Assembly (NCBI GenBank): GCA_036679605.1
Contig: JAZDCZ010000180.1
Location: 1 to 64,000 of the forward strand
Reading direction: 5' to 3'
Length of the DNA: 64,000 nt
Origin: Gemmatimonadota bacterium
Lineage (GTDB): Bacteria > Gemmatimonadota > Gemmatimonadetes > Gemmatimonadales > GWC2-71-9
Shown: positions 25,864 through 37,249 of the stretch, one piece after another
How positions within the stretch are numbered: position 1 is the stretch's first letter
How the letters are laid out: every line of letters starts with the position of its first letter
Made by a program: the position numbers and the translations under genes
The notes under the pieces: model-generated
What the model was told of the DNA's origin: nothing
The model's database searches: none
Seen by the model: the letters and a program-made list of their open reading frames with translations, nothing else

Positions 25864-27855
25864 TCAGAACCCTACTTCCGCTCCTAGGAACAAGGTTCTC
25901 CCTCTGGCCGGAAAGCCGAGCACTTCCTGATAGCCAACGTCGAAGATGTTTTCTACTCGGGCAGTGACCGTCATTCCAGGCATGTGGCCATGGGCGGGCA
26001 CGACCAGATATTCACCACCCATGTCGATCTTCGTGTACGATGGAAGTGCGACCGGCATCGCCGGGAAAGTGGAGAAATCGCGGTCATCTCGCGTGCCCAC
26101 GTGCAGCAACGCGGCACCGGCTCTCAGACGATCTGTCACCCGATAGCTCCCGCTCAGGTTGAGTTTACCGGTGGGCCGACGGAGAAGTCGTTCTCCAATC
26201 ACGAAGTTGGCGCCTGCTCCAGTATCGAACCCGGCATCTGTCACTTCGGTGTCGAGGTACGTGTAGTCGATAGATCCATTGAAGAATCGGCTTGCGAGCC
26301 GGACTCCAAGCTCGACACCGGATGCGTCTGCGGACGCAATATTGAAGAAGTTCGGATCGCCGGGGTTAGCGGGCACTGCGGTAAATTGGATCAGATTCCG
26401 GAACCTCTGGCTGAAGTAGGTGGCTTCCGCGACAAGAAGACCACTCAAGAAGGTCTGTTCGGCGCCCACCTCCCAACTGACCGTCCGTTCGGGATCGAGA
26501 TCGGGGTTTCCGTTTGCAAATGGGCCGAACGCAAAATTCTCGAAAAACGTAGGCTCCTTGAACGCCTTTCCTATGGAAGCCCTGAGCCTGGTGCCCGACG
26601 CAACACCATAGGAAGCCCCGCCTCGGTAAGTGACGAATGTGCCGAACGCACTGTTATTGTCCAGCCGGAGGCCGGCATTGAGCGCAAGTCCCGCAACCGG
26701 GCTCGACTGAATCTCTGCATAGTACCCACGGCTCGATCTTCCCTCATCACTCGTGCTGCTGGAGTTTCCGAATTGACTCTGTGACTCGTCCGATCTCATC
26801 TCGTCCTCGTCCTCAATCTGAAAACCAGCCACGAGTACGGTTGTAACCGGCCCGTAGATGCTGGCACTGAAGTCCGCACTCCTCCTCAGAACCGATTGTG
26901 AACTCGTAGAGCCAAAGAACCCCAGAGTGTCGGCAGGACCGTCCGGCCGGTCGTTCGTCCTACGATTCGCATCGCTCGACGCCAAGAGTACACGGCCCTC
27001 TATCCAACTACTGAACAATCGGCTGGCTTCGAGAGAAACCGCCAGACGATCCCGTACGCTAAACGAGTTTCGATCGACAACCGTCCCGTCGAAGTCCGTG
27101 GGAAACTCGAACTCGCTGTCGCTATAGCGCATCACGAGGTTGACGTTGGTCGTAGAATCTGGTCGCGCTCGCAGTTTTCCGCTTACCGACGTATTACTGT
27201 AGTCGCTATTGAATGCGAAGATGCCGTCGGTCGTGGACCGCGAAACACCGAGCGAATAGTCGAGACGCGCAAGACCGCCCGAGAGCGTTGCGTCGACTGA
27301 CGTGGACCCAAATGTTCCAGCGCGAAACCCAACCCTGCCTTGCTGTTGGCCTCCACCGTCCTTGGTCAGTATTTGCACCACCCCCGCAACTGCGTCCGAG
27401 CCATATACGACGCTTGCCGGCCCACGCACGACTTCGATGCGATCGACGTTGTCGAGAGTGAGATCGGAGAAATCGAGCGAGCCACCTGGGTCGTTGATCG
27501 GGACTCCGTCGAGTAGCACCTTCACGTAATCGCTTTCGCCGCCTCTCAGAAAAAGGGACGTATTGCCACCGAACGATCCTGTTTGGACCACGCTCAATCC
27601 GGGAACCAGACGGAGTGCATCCAGCACTTGCCTGATTCCCTGAGCGCGCAGCGCCTCACCATCGAGCACTGTGACAGTGGAGGTCATTGCGTTGCGTGGT
27701 GTCGGGATACGAGTGGCTGTTACTATGACGGGATCCAATTGCGTAGTATCGGAGGACTGCTGCGCACTTGCAGGAATAGCTGCGACGCACGAGACACAAA
27801 GTGTGAATAGCAAATACGGCTTCATCGAACGGCTCTCCAGGGTGTAGGTGTTCAC
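25864..27855 (-). CDS. btuB: TonB-dependent (cobalamin) receptor
   Basis: VIVTATR TonB box; RIEVVRGPAS plug; C-terminal F; in a riboswitch-controlled operon. Confidence 0.88.
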   Translation of the reverse strand: MNTYTLESRSMKPYLLFTLCVSCVAAIPASAQQSSDTTQLDPVIVTATRIPTPRNAMTSTVTVLDGEALRAQGIRQVLDALRLVPGLSVVQTGSFGGNTSLFLRGGESDYVKVLLDGVPINDPGGSLDFSDLTLDNVDRIEVVRGPASVVYGSDAVAGVVQILTKDGGGQQQGRVGFRAGTFGSTSVDATLSGGLARLDYSLGVSRSTTDGIFAFNSDYSNTSVSGKLRARPDSTTNVNLVMRYSDSEFEFPTDFDGTVVDRNSFSVRDRLAVSLEASRLFSSWIEGRVLLASSDANRRTNDRPDGPADTLGFFGSTSSQSVLRRSADFSASIYGPVTTVLVAGFQIEDEDEMRSDESQSQFGNSSSTSDEGRSSRGYYAEIQSSPVAGLALNAGLRLDNNSAFGTFVTYRGGASYGVASGTRLRASIGKAFKEPTFFENFAFGPFANGNPDLDPERTVSWEVGAEQTFLSGLLVAEATYFSQRFRNLIQFTAVPANPGDPNFFNIASADASGVELGVRLASRFFNGSIDYTYLDTEVTDAGFDTGAGANFVIGERLLRRPTGKLNLSGSYRVTDRLRAGAALLHVGTRDDRDFSTFPAMPVALPSYTKIDMGGEYLVVPAHGHMPGMTVTARVENIFDVGYQEVLGFPARGRTLFLGAEVGF

Positions 27856-28649
27856 TGGGTTTCGTTTTTCCTCAGTGGGACAAACTGCGGTATGTTATTC
27901 CAAGTGGTGAGCGCAACCGGCCACCCAAACACATCCTCCAGCACATCGCGCGTGAGCACTTCTTCGGGCCGGCCGACGGCACGTGCGCGCCCACCCTCCA
28001 TTACGATCATGCGGTTCACGAATCTTGCGGCGAGGTTAACCTGATGAGTTACGATTATTCCGCCCAGTTGACGTTCTCCGACGAGTTCGGAGATCAACTC
28101 GAAAACCTCCATCTCGTGTCGTATGTCGAGATTCGCTGTCGCTTCGTCGAGAACGAGACCGCTCGGTTCCTGAGCAAGTGCACGGGCTACCCGTACTCGT
28201 TGCCATTCACCACCCGACAGCGTCGCCACCCAGCGCTTGCGCAGATGCACGACGTCACAGCGTTCTAGAGCCAGCTCAATCGCGGCAATATCCTTCTCTC
28301 TAGGTGCACCAAGCGCCGTAAGATGCGGATATCGTCCGAACATGACTGCTTGCTCGACGCGGATCGGAAATCCGGGTTCTTCGCGCTGCGATACGACGCC
28401 TACACGTTGGGCCAGCTCGCGGCGTTTCCAATCCTTTGAAGTTCGTCCGAATGCAAGGGCCTCGCCCCTCGTTGGCACGAGAAGTCCCAGCAACAATCGC
28501 AGGAGCGTACTCTTGCCGCTTCCGTTTGGGCCAACCACTCCGACCAACTCTCCGGCTTGAACCGAGGCCGACACCGCGGTTACAGCTTCAGCTTCGCTGT
28601 GCGGATACCGAAACGATAGCTCGCGCGCCTCGAAGATCATGTTGTCCAT
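27852..28649 (-). CDS. btuD: Cobalamin/siderophore ABC transporter ATPase
   Basis: GPNGSGKS, LSGGEWQR, LDEAT. Confidence 0.88.
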   Translation of the reverse strand: MDNMIFEARELSFRYPHSEAEAVTAVSASVQAGELVGVVGPNGSGKSTLLRLLLGLLVPTRGEALAFGRTSKDWKRRELAQRVGVVSQREEPGFPIRVEQAVMFGRYPHLTALGAPREKDIAAIELALERCDVVHLRKRWVATLSGGEWQRVRVARALAQEPSGLVLDEATANLDIRHEMEVFELISELVGERQLGGIIVTHQVNLAARFVNRMIVMEGGRARAVGRPEEVLTRDVLEDVFGWPVALTTWNNIPQFVPLRKNETQ

Positions 28650-29617
28650 CGTCTCACCAATACGACGAACACGGGAACCCCAATCAGGGCCGTTACGACC
28701 CCCACGGGAAGTGTGAGCGGGGCAAAAACCGTACGTGCGACTGCGTCGGCCAAGACCATGAGCGTACCGCCCAGGAGAAATGCAGCCGGAAGCAGAGTCT
28801 GGTGAGTGTGTCCCCACACGATCCGGATAGCATGAGGTACGACGAGCCCTACGAATCCGATGATCCCCGATACCGCCACTGCGGCAGCAGTGAGAAGTGA
28901 CGCCGCCACGTAGAGCACCCGCTTCAGTCGCTCGACGTCCGCACCAAGGAATTGTGCCGGTTCCTCTCCCAACGACAGAAGATCCAACGGTCGGCTCTGC
29001 CGGTAAATGATGATTATTGGGAGCAGCGCGTAACTTCCAAAGATGGTAAGAGCTTGCCACGAGGCTCCATCAAACCCACCCAACATCCAGAGGAAAGCGT
29101 TGCGAACTTCCGGTGCGGGCGAAACCGAGATGATCGCTCCCATCAGTGACGCGGCGAAAGCTCCCACCACGACACCGCCCAACAGGAGAACGCGCGCGTC
29201 CAGCACTCCGCCTGTCACCAGGGCCAGTCGGTATACCAGCGCTATGGCCAGCAGCGCGCCCACCAAAGCGGACAACGGCACTGTCCACGGCCCGCCCGCA
29301 TGCAACACGATGGCGAGCACGGCGCCTAGACCTGCACCACCCGAAAGTCCCAGGAGGTAGGGATCGGCGAGCGGGTTACGTACGAGGGCCTGTAGAGCTG
29401 CTCCCGTTACGGCAAGTGCACCGCCCACGAGGAACGCGAGTAACGCCCGCGGCAGTCGAAGGTCACGCACGATTGCAACAGTCGAGTCGTCCGCCGTGCC
29501 GACAATAGCACTCCACAGTGACGACAGCGGAACTTGCGCAGGTCCGACGGCCAGTCCGATGAAGAGCGCGGCTAGCACCCCAGCGCTGAGAACGCCCCAA
29601 CGCGTTACCGCGCCCAC
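28637..29617 (-). CDS. btuC: FecCD-family permease
   Basis: RLPR, RNPLADP, GIIGFVGLVVPH. Confidence 0.9.
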   Translation of the reverse strand: MGAVTRWGVLSAGVLAALFIGLAVGPAQVPLSSLWSAIVGTADDSTVAIVRDLRLPRALLAFLVGGALAVTGAALQALVRNPLADPYLLGLSGGAGLGAVLAIVLHAGGPWTVPLSALVGALLAIALVYRLALVTGGVLDARVLLLGGVVVGAFAASLMGAIISVSPAPEVRNAFLWMLGGFDGASWQALTIFGSYALLPIIIIYRQSRPLDLLSLGEEPAQFLGADVERLKRVLYVAASLLTAAAVAVSGIIGFVGLVVPHAIRIVWGHTHQTLLPAAFLLGGTLMVLADAVARTVFAPLTLPVGVVTALIGVPVFVVLVRRWTT

Positions 29618-30483
29618 TTTACAAACTCCTGTCTCAATCGACGGACGGCTGCCGGCGCGCGAAATGTTGGGCGTCCAAATTCGCTTCCGGGTGCAACGAT
29701 GAACCTACGTTCTCTCACGGCTCGCACGGTCTGCCATTCCGGCCGCTGGCTCCACTGCGGCATTCCAGAATCCGACACGACCAACACGAGATCGGGATCA
29801 CGCTCTACAATCGACTCGATGCTAACCGTGGCCGACGGCTTGTCGATATCGTCGAACACGTTACGCCCGCCTGCGAGTTCAACGATCTCGTTCAAAAAGC
29901 TTTCGCTACCGATTGTGATGGGAGGATTGTCCCACGCGAGAATCAATACCTTCGGTACGACACGCGACGGTCGCGTAGATTCGAGTTCGGCGATCTCTTG
30001 TTCCAGCGCCGACGCGAGAGAATCCGCAGTGGCGCTGTCACCGACAATCCTTCCAAGCAGACGAGCGGCCCGAACTAGGTCCGCCAGCCGATCTGTCCGC
30101 AAGCTTACAGTGGCGATACCCAGTTTCTCCAATTGACTGATAGCTGGTGAGTTGGCCGGCGACGCATAGAACACGACCAGGTCGGGACGCCTTCCGATGA
30201 TCACCTCGACATTTGGTGCCAACCCCTCGCCCACACTGGGGATCTCGCTCGCTTGCGGAGGATAGTCGCCCCATCTGGTCCGGCCCACCACACGATCGCC
30301 CGCACCGATGGCGAAGAGGAGTTCCGTGAGCCCCGGGGCGAGGGACACAAGTCGTTGCGGTGCGGCACGCAGGTCCACCGGACGGCCTGTGTCATCTAAG
30401 ACCGCACCGGCCGCTCGCTGCTCTCCTGAGCTACAGGCAGCCAAAGCGCAGAGCGCCACCGAGAGAGAGAGACTATAACGCAC
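29605..30483 (-). CDS. btuF: Cobalamin-binding periplasmic lipoprotein
   Basis: PQRLVSLAPGLTE, PNVE, PDLV; lipobox LAAC. Confidence 0.88.
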   Translation of the reverse strand: MRYSLSLSVALCALAACSSGEQRAAGAVLDDTGRPVDLRAAPQRLVSLAPGLTELLFAIGAGDRVVGRTRWGDYPPQASEIPSVGEGLAPNVEVIIGRRPDLVVFYASPANSPAISQLEKLGIATVSLRTDRLADLVRAARLLGRIVGDSATADSLASALEQEIAELESTRPSRVVPKVLILAWDNPPITIGSESFLNEIVELAGGRNVFDDIDKPSATVSIESIVERDPDLVLVVSDSGMPQWSQRPEWQTVRAVRERRFIVAPGSEFGRPTFRAPAAVRRLRQEFVKWAR

Positions 30484-30579
30484 GAACGCTCACTCCTTCA
30501 CGACGGAAAGGATGTGAGCGTACGCATGACATGATTGCGCTCTCCCACCGGTCCCTTCCCTTCGAGGGTCTGTTGGTGG

Positions 30580-30728
30580 TGCGAGCCGGAACGTCTCCTG
30601 GCTTAGGGTGTCGACTCGCCTTCCCAGTTTCCCAGTGGCTTCTGAGTCGAACTGTGAACCCATTACAGTGGCGGGGCCGCGCCGGTGTCACACCGGCTTC
30701 CGTACTCCGCGCTCGCAGTATTCAGTTA
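30580..30728 (-). ncRNA. Cobalamin riboswitch
   Basis: Minus strand GGAAGCCGGTG...ACCGGCGCGGCCCCGCCACTGTAA...AGCCACTGGGAAACTGGGAAGG...AGCCAGGAGAC (B12 box); upstream of btuF. Confidence 0.95.
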
Positions 30729-30743
30729 TAAGCTATCGGTAAT

Positions 30744-31860
30744 CTAGTCTCCGTGACGGTGAGAGGAAAGGGCGCGGTTAAGACAGCTCTTCAGCTCGGC
30801 TCGCCGCTTCTTGTAAGCTGTTTGCTCCTCAGGCGTACCCGGCTGTTGCTCGAATTCAGCGTCCAGTCCGGCAATCTGCGTGGCCAGCGCATTGGCATCT
30901 AGAATCGGAGCCACAGCCTGCGGACTACGCCTTATCCACCAGATCAAAGCTCCAAATAGCGTGAGCCCCGCAACCGCTATGACCAGCCACCAAAGCGAAT
31001 TAGCCGAAAGCGGTGCCGGAGCAAATCGAACCTCTATTAGAGATCCGCTCAATACTGTGTCCGCTCCAAATCGCCGGAACAACCTGTCGTCCAGTTCTTC
31101 CTCTCCCATCAACACGAGTCCACTTCCGCTCACCGACGCCGTAGCATCTTCGATCAAGAGGTTCAGGCGACCGACCGAGTGGTCGAGCGGAAACGCAAGG
31201 TCACGCACCGAGCCAGGGATCAGATATCCATAGATGACTTGCTTCTCCCCGGGTGTCATTGGTGCTGCGACGGCCACCGAGTTGCCGCGTCGATATATGG
31301 CTTGGGCACTGAAATCGCTCTCACCTAACTCGAACTGAATCGCCTCAGCCGGGATCGCGCCTTGCCAGACAGGATCGGACGTATCGCTTGCGATTCGCGT
31401 AAGCGAACCTTGGTTCCGCAGCACGATCAATTCGATCACGCGGCGGGAGCCGTCGACCTCGGCAGAACGTACAATGAGGTGACGCTCTGTAAGAACCATG
31501 TCAGGCCGCACCGACGAAGTGTCATAAACGAACAGTGTGCCGACTGTATCGGTGTCCGCCCGACCTAGCAGCGGTGCCGAGAAGTACCCGACACCATCGT
31601 GCTGAACACTTGTCAGATAGCTCGCCGTGGAGTCTTTTCGGGAGGTACGCAGGCGATAGGTGCCGGATCTGCTGGTTACTGCGGAATCTACCGGTCGTCC
31701 GCCACCGAAGCCCACTTCATGGAGGGTTACCATGCGGTCTGTGACCGGCACAGAGTCAGTTGCGCCAACTCGCATCACTCGCCCGGTGACAACAAGACCC
31801 TGAGCGCTTCCAATTACGGGAACCACCAGAGAAGCGGTTAAGGTGATGAGGGTACTACGG
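30744..31860 (-). CDS. Membrane-anchored secreted protein with N-terminal carboxypeptidase-regulatory-like domain; start uncertain
   Basis: Long ORF with N-terminal hydrophobic segment, C-terminal TM helix and helical tail. Confidence 0.65.
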
Positions 31861-32355
31861 AGTAAACTTACCGAAATCTTCCGGGTCCAGCTTCTCGAGT
31901 CGCGATTTGAGAGAATCGGTGCCGGGTTGGGCTTCTTCAGCGGGAGCGGATTCCACCAAGTCGATAGAAGTGTGGTGCAACAGGTCATCACTCGTGAATA
32001 TCGGAGCTTCCAGCCTCAGTGCAATTGCAATGCTGTCCGACGGACGGGCATCGACTTGCACAACTTGATTCTCCCTATGAATCTGAAGCTCGGCGTAATA
32101 GGTGTTCTCCTTTACCTGAGTGATCCTTACCTGTTGCAGGCTCCCTCCAAGACCAACGATAATCTGCTTGACAAGATCGTGAGTAAGTGGGCGCGAAAAC
32201 TTCACGCCTGCTAGTTCCATCGCTATGGCACTCGCCTCGGAAGGCCCTATCCAGATCGGTAGAGTGCGCTCGCCCCCCGTCTCCTGCAAGACGACAACGG
32301 GCGTGTTCGTCGAACGCTCGAGTCCCAAGTGCTTAACTGTCACTTCCACCATCAT
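31855..32355 (-). CDS. Bifunctional nuclease family (DUF151) protein
   Basis: LPIWIG..EA.AI, RPLTHDL, DARPSDSIAIALR. Confidence 0.93.
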   Translation of the reverse strand: MMVEVTVKHLGLERSTNTPVVVLQETGGERTLPIWIGPSEASAIAMELAGVKFSRPLTHDLVKQIIVGLGGSLQQVRITQVKENTYYAELQIHRENQVVQVDARPSDSIAIALRLEAPIFTSDDLLHHTSIDLVESAPAEEAQPGTDSLKSRLEKLDPEDFGKFTP

Positions 32356-32420
32356 ACCGAGCCGACTTTCGGTGTTTGGACGAAGCAGCCGTGTGGCCGC
32401 GACCAACCCATCTGATTCAG

Positions 32421-33899
32421 CTAATACCGGTAGTGATCGGGCTTGTAAGGCCCTTCTACTGGAACACCAATGTACTTGGCCTGTTCCTCGGTGAGCACAG
32501 TTAGCTTCACACCAAGCTTGTCCAGGTGCAGTCGAGCCACCTCCTCGTCCAGTGTTTTCTGGAGGCGGTAGACTTTCTTTTCATACTCTGCGCTTCTCTC
32601 CCAGAGTTCCAACTGGGCCAGCACTTGATTGGTGAATGACGCCGACATTACAAAGCTTGGATGGCCGGTGGCACACCCGAGGTTGAGCAACCGTCCCTCG
32701 GCCAATACGAGGATGCTTCGCCCATCTTCGAAAACCCATTCGTCGTATTGGGGTTTGATATTGACATTCTCGATCCCGGGAACCTTTTCGAGCCCTGCCA
32801 AATCGATTTCGTTGTCGAAATGTCCAATGTTGCCGATGATCGCCTTATCTTTCATCCGCTTCATGTGATCTACCGTGATCACGTGGTAATTGCCGGTAGT
32901 GGTAACAAATATGTCGGCTAGCTCGACCACGTCATCGACCGGTTTTACCTCAAACCCCTCCATGGCGGCCTGCAAAGCGCAGATGGGGTCTATCTCCGTT
33001 ACGATTACTCGGCATCCTTGGCCACGCAGCGCTTGAGCGCACCCCTTGCCGACTTCGCCATAGCCGCACACCACCGCGACCTTTCCACCCAGCATGACAT
33101 CGCTAGCCCTGTTGAGCCCATCGATAAGCGAATGCCGACAGCCATAGATATTATCGAACTTGCTCTTGGTAACTGAATCGTTGACGTTGATTGCCGGGAA
33201 CAGCAGCGATTTGTCTTCTTCCATTTGATACAGCCGGTGGACACCCGTGGTGGTCTCTTCGCTGATCCCCCTGATGCTCTTTGCCGCCTTGGTCCAGCGT
33301 CCGGGATTGGTCGCCTGTTCTCTGCGTAACGTCTCCAGTATGACGCCCCACTCCTCGGGCTCGGTCTCTGCGTCAAACTTCGGAACGGATCCGGCGGATT
33401 CGAATTCGGCACCTTTGTGGACGAGTAGCGTAGCGTCTCCGCCATCGTCTACGATCAAATCCGGCCCCGAACCATCGGGCCACATCAACGCCCTGGCAGT
33501 CAACTTCCAATATTCTGGAAGAGTTTCACCTTTCCAGGCAAATACCGGGACACCTGCAGGGTTCTCGAGAGTGCCATCGGGCCCAATGACGGTTGCAGCC
33601 GCGGCATGGTCCTGCGTCGAAAAAATGTTGCAACTCACCCAGCGTATGTCTGCTCCCAGCTCAGCCAGCGTCTCTATCAGAACTGCAGTCTGAATGGTCA
33701 TGTGCAAGCTGCCCATGATCTTGGCTCCCGCCAGGGGCTTGTCTGCACCGTACCGTTCTCTGATCGCCATTAGGCCGGGCATCTCGTGCTCGGCCAGCTT
33801 CATCTCACGTCGGCCCCACTCTGCTAGGCCTAAGTCCTTGACTTCGTAGTCGGAAATCGAGGTAGCTGTCTTGTTAGGATTTGTGGCCACTGATGTCAT
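32421..33899 (-). CDS. ahcY: Adenosylhomocysteinase
   Basis: [34 protein letters not shown] terminus. Confidence 0.98.
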   Translation of the reverse strand: MTSVATNPNKTATSISDYEVKDLGLAEWGRREMKLAEHEMPGLMAIRERYGADKPLAGAKIMGSLHMTIQTAVLIETLAELGADIRWVSCNIFSTQDHAAAATVIGPDGTLENPAGVPVFAWKGETLPEYWKLTARALMWPDGSGPDLIVDDGGDATLLVHKGAEFESAGSVPKFDAETEPEEWGVILETLRREQATNPGRWTKAAKSIRGISEETTTGVHRLYQMEEDKSLLFPAINVNDSVTKSKFDNIYGCRHSLIDGLNRASDVMLGGKVAVVCGYGEVGKGCAQALRGQGCRVIVTEIDPICALQAAMEGFEVKPVDDVVELADIFVTTTGNYHVITVDHMKRMKDKAIIGNIGHFDNEIDLAGLEKVPGIENVNIKPQYDEWVFEDGRSILVLAEGRLLNLGCATGHPSFVMSASFTNQVLAQLELWERSAEYEKKVYRLQKTLDEEVARLHLDKLGVKLTVLTEEQAKYIGVPVEGPYKPDHYRY

Positions 33900-33935
33900 G
33901 TTTGTTTTCTGTGAAAGTGTGTCGTGGTCTGTCTT

Positions 33936-35153
33936 CTATGCCTTAGCGGCCATCATCTCGGGTTTCTTCTCTGCTTCCTGGGTCGCCATCACAAGTTCGG
34001 ACTGACGGTTGGCGTCTTCCCAGCTAAACAACTTCACCTGTACGCCATGGACTTCCGTTGCGTACGGTTTCCTGCCGAAATGGCCGTAAGCAGCAGTCGG
34101 TTGATAAATGGGTTTTCTAAGATCCAATGCGTCGATGATGGCACATGGTTTGAGGTCGAACACCTCTCGTACGGCCCGCTCTAACGATGCCTCTGGCACG
34201 TTAGCTGTTCCAAACGTGTCGACCATAACGGACACGGGCTCGGCAACACCAATAGCGTATGCGACTTGCACTTCACAACGGCTAGCCAATTGGGCAGCAA
34301 CAATGTTCTTCGCTACCCATCGGGCTGCATAGGTGGCGGAACGGTCTACCTTCGTCGGATCCTTGCCGCTGAAGGCCCCGCCACCATGTCGTCCCGCACC
34401 GCCATAAGTGTCGACGATGATCTTCCGACCCGTCAATCCCGCATCGCCATGAGGGCCGCCGACAACAAATCTACCTGTAGGATTGATATGCAGCTGCACG
34501 TCGCTCACATCCAGCTGTGATTGATCGAGTACCGGCCTAATTACTATCTCAGCGACGCCCTCTTGTAGGTCGGCGGTCGTGACACCGTCATCGTGTTGCG
34601 TGGACAGGACGACAGCCTTGACGGCAACCGGCTTGCCTCCAGAATACTCGATGGCAACCTGGCTCTTGCCATCGGGCCGCAGCCAAGTGAGTTCTCCCGA
34701 TTTGCGAGCGTCTGCCAACCTCTGAGTAAGGCGATGGGCCATCATGATCGGCATCGGCATTAATTCCGGCGTCTCGTCTGTGGCATAACCGAACATCATG
34801 CCCTGGTCACCTGCGCCGCCCGTGTCTACACCCTGCGCGATATCACAAGATTGGGCATCCAACGCAGTGAGAATTGCACAGGTCTTGGAGTCGAAGCCGA
34901 ACGACCCGTCCGTGTACCCAATGTCCTCAATGATCTTGCGCACCAGGGGGGGAAACGCGCAGGGCTTGGTGGTCGTGATCTCGCCTGCCAGAACGACCAT
35001 CCCTGTCGTAATAAGTGTCTCGCATGCCACGCGGGCCGTGGGATCCCGGGCAATGATGGCATCCAGCACACCATCTGAAATCTGATCGGCCATCTTGTCG
35101 GGATGACCTTCTGTGACTGATTCTGACGAAAAAGTATACTTGCTTGAACTCAT
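33936..35153 (-). CDS. metK: S-adenosylmethionine synthetase
   Basis: [26 protein letters not shown]. Confidence 0.98.
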   Translation of the reverse strand: MSSSKYTFSSESVTEGHPDKMADQISDGVLDAIIARDPTARVACETLITTGMVVLAGEITTTKPCAFPPLVRKIIEDIGYTDGSFGFDSKTCAILTALDAQSCDIAQGVDTGGAGDQGMMFGYATDETPELMPMPIMMAHRLTQRLADARKSGELTWLRPDGKSQVAIEYSGGKPVAVKAVVLSTQHDDGVTTADLQEGVAEIVIRPVLDQSQLDVSDVQLHINPTGRFVVGGPHGDAGLTGRKIIVDTYGGAGRHGGGAFSGKDPTKVDRSATYAARWVAKNIVAAQLASRCEVQVAYAIGVAEPVSVMVDTFGTANVPEASLERAVREVFDLKPCAIIDALDLRKPIYQPTAAYGHFGRKPYATEVHGVQVKLFSWEDANRQSELVMATQEAEKKPEMMAAKA

Positions 35154-35195
35154 CTGAATCCGTAAGTCTAGGTAAGCCTTTAAAATAGCTCTAGG

Positions 35196-36977
35196 TCAAT
35201 CGGTGGGCAACCGGCCCAGTCCGAGCAGGGCGAGGTCTATTCTCTCTGCTGCATAGTCCTCGAGAAGCGAAGCAACTTCCGCGCCCGAACGGGCCTTGAG
35301 AGCCGCAGAGGCGGCGGATTCTGCACCCTCGATATCGAGTCGTCTGACCAACCAGCGCACCAGCGGCAGCGACGCGGGTGAAACGCTCATGACGCGAAAA
35401 CCGAGACCGATTAGTAGCACCAGTGGAATCGGTTCTGAAGCCATTTCGCCACAGACGCTCACATCGAGACCGGCCCGACGACCACCGTCAACAATCTGTT
35501 TCAACGACCGCACTACTGCTGGATGCAACGAATTGAACCGGTCGGCGAGACGCGCGTTCCCCCGGTCTACCGCCAACATGTACTGGGTCAGGTCGTTGGT
35601 CCCAACGCTCAAGAAATCAGACAGTTCTGCGAGTTCATCCACGAGGGCCGCCGCGGCCGGCGTCTCGATCATCACTCCCACGGGAAGGTCCTCTCCAAAC
35701 TCCAGACCTTCCGCCTTCAGCTCTGCAGCGGCCTCGCCTACCATCTCCCGCGTGCGGATAACTTCTTCCACTTCCGTTACCAGTGGAAGCATGAGTCTCA
35801 CGTCGGCTGTTGCGCGCGCGCGCAACATTGCCCGTATCTGCGTCCGGAATACATCGGGCTCATCGAGGCAGACACGTATGGCTCTCCATCCCAGAAACGG
35901 GTTTGCTTCCCGCTCGGCATGGAATGCGGCGGGAAACTTGTCGCCGCCAAGGTCGTAACTACGAACTACTACCGGGTAAGGTGCGAAGCGTTTGCCGACT
36001 CGCTCGAAGAATTCCGCCTGCTCGACTTCTCCCGGAAGTTCTGTCCGCCCAATTACTAGGAACTCGGTGCGCAACAGTCCGACACCGGACGCACCGTTAT
36101 CGTGGGCGACTTCAACTTCTTCCGGAAGGTCGACATTTGCCCACAGAGATACTGCCGTCCCATCAGAGGTGACCGACGGTTGCTCGAGCACGGCATCAAG
36201 CTCACGTGCCATTTCCAGCCGATGCCCCTCACGTCTATGGGCATTACGTATTTCCACGTCGGATGGGTCGAGTAATACCGTGCCGAGAGTCCCGTCCAAG
36301 ATGGCCGTGGCCCCAGACTGAACCTCATCCATACAACCAACCAAACCCATCACGCAGGGTATACCTAGACTGCGGGCAAGAATGGCTGCGTGCGCCGTGC
36401 GCGTTCCACGCTCACTGGCAATGCCAACCACCTGATCCTTTTGCAGCTGCACTGTGAGACCCGGAGTCAACTCTCGTGCAAGGACAATGACAGGTGGCGC
36501 CCCATTCTCGTTCAAGACTTCGTCGGTTTCACCTCCTATCAGAGCCCGCAGGACCCGGATCTGAATGCCGACGAGATCCGCAACTCGCTGTCGAAGGGTC
36601 GCGCTCGACGACCGTGCCCAGACAGCGCGCACTTCCAATACTTTGAATTCGAATGCGCGCTCGGCTGTAAGCTGATTCTCGCTCACGAGGCGCTCGATAT
36701 CGCCCAAGAATTCTTGATCTTCCAACATGGCGATCTGGGCACTGAAGATCTTTGCTTCCTCGGGACCTGCTAGGGTCTTCGTGCGATCCTTGAGTTCCTC
36801 GAGTTGCTGGCGGACCCTTTCGACTGCTCCGTGAAGGCGCGCGATCTCCTCCTCTACTTGATCTTCTGAGATCGCGCGATGAGAAACATCCGGAAGATCG
36901 GTACCCAATAGATAGAGCGGACCGACCGCTATGCCCGGAGAAACGCCGACTCCCGTAAATAGTCGACTGCTCTTCAT
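35196..36977 (-). CDS. ptsI: PTS enzyme I
   Basis: TAHAAILAR, GLLRTEF, DLGGDK, GTNDLTQY, CGE. Confidence 0.96.
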   Translation of the reverse strand: MKSSRLFTGVGVSPGIAVGPLYLLGTDLPDVSHRAISEDQVEEEIARLHGAVERVRQQLEELKDRTKTLAGPEEAKIFSAQIAMLEDQEFLGDIERLVSENQLTAERAFEFKVLEVRAVWARSSSATLRQRVADLVGIQIRVLRALIGGETDEVLNENGAPPVIVLARELTPGLTVQLQKDQVVGIASERGTRTAHAAILARSLGIPCVMGLVGCMDEVQSGATAILDGTLGTVLLDPSDVEIRNAHRREGHRLEMARELDAVLEQPSVTSDGTAVSLWANVDLPEEVEVAHDNGASGVGLLRTEFLVIGRTELPGEVEQAEFFERVGKRFAPYPVVVRSYDLGGDKFPAAFHAEREANPFLGWRAIRVCLDEPDVFRTQIRAMLRARATADVRLMLPLVTEVEEVIRTREMVGEAAAELKAEGLEFGEDLPVGVMIETPAAAALVDELAELSDFLSVGTNDLTQYMLAVDRGNARLADRFNSLHPAVVRSLKQIVDGGRRAGLDVSVCGEMASEPIPLVLLIGLGFRVMSVSPASLPLVRWLVRRLDIEGAESAASAALKARSGAEVASLLEDYAAERIDLALLGLGRLPTD

Positions 36978-37249
36978 ATCTCGTCCGTGAACTCGCTTCT
37001 GAGGAGGGTTGCCAACTCCTCTACGGCATCGGCAGCCTCCAGACCATTGGCACGAATGATCACCTCGCTACCGCACTCGGCCGCAAGAGTCATCACTCCA
37101 AGAATACTCTTGCCATTCACCTCGACACCATCCTTCGATACTGTGATCTCACAAGTGTACCCAGTAGAGCGTTTCACAAACTCGGCTGCCGGTCGCGCAT
37201 GGAGACCAAGTCGATTGCCGATAGTCACCCGCTGCTCGGCGGAACTCAC
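36974..37249 (-). CDS. ptsH: Phosphocarrier HPr
   Basis: GLHARPA and NGKSILG (His15 and Ser46 motifs); GTGA-coupled start. Confidence 0.95.
   Translation of the reverse strand: MSSAEQRVTIGNRLGLHARPAAEFVKRSTGYTCEITVSKDGVEVNGKSILGVMTLAAECGSEVIIRANGLEAADAVEELATLLRSEFTDEI

Noticed and set aside
33900..35195. SAM or SAH riboswitch before metK or ahcY
   Set aside because: The intergenic gaps are only about 36-42 bp and lack the motifs.
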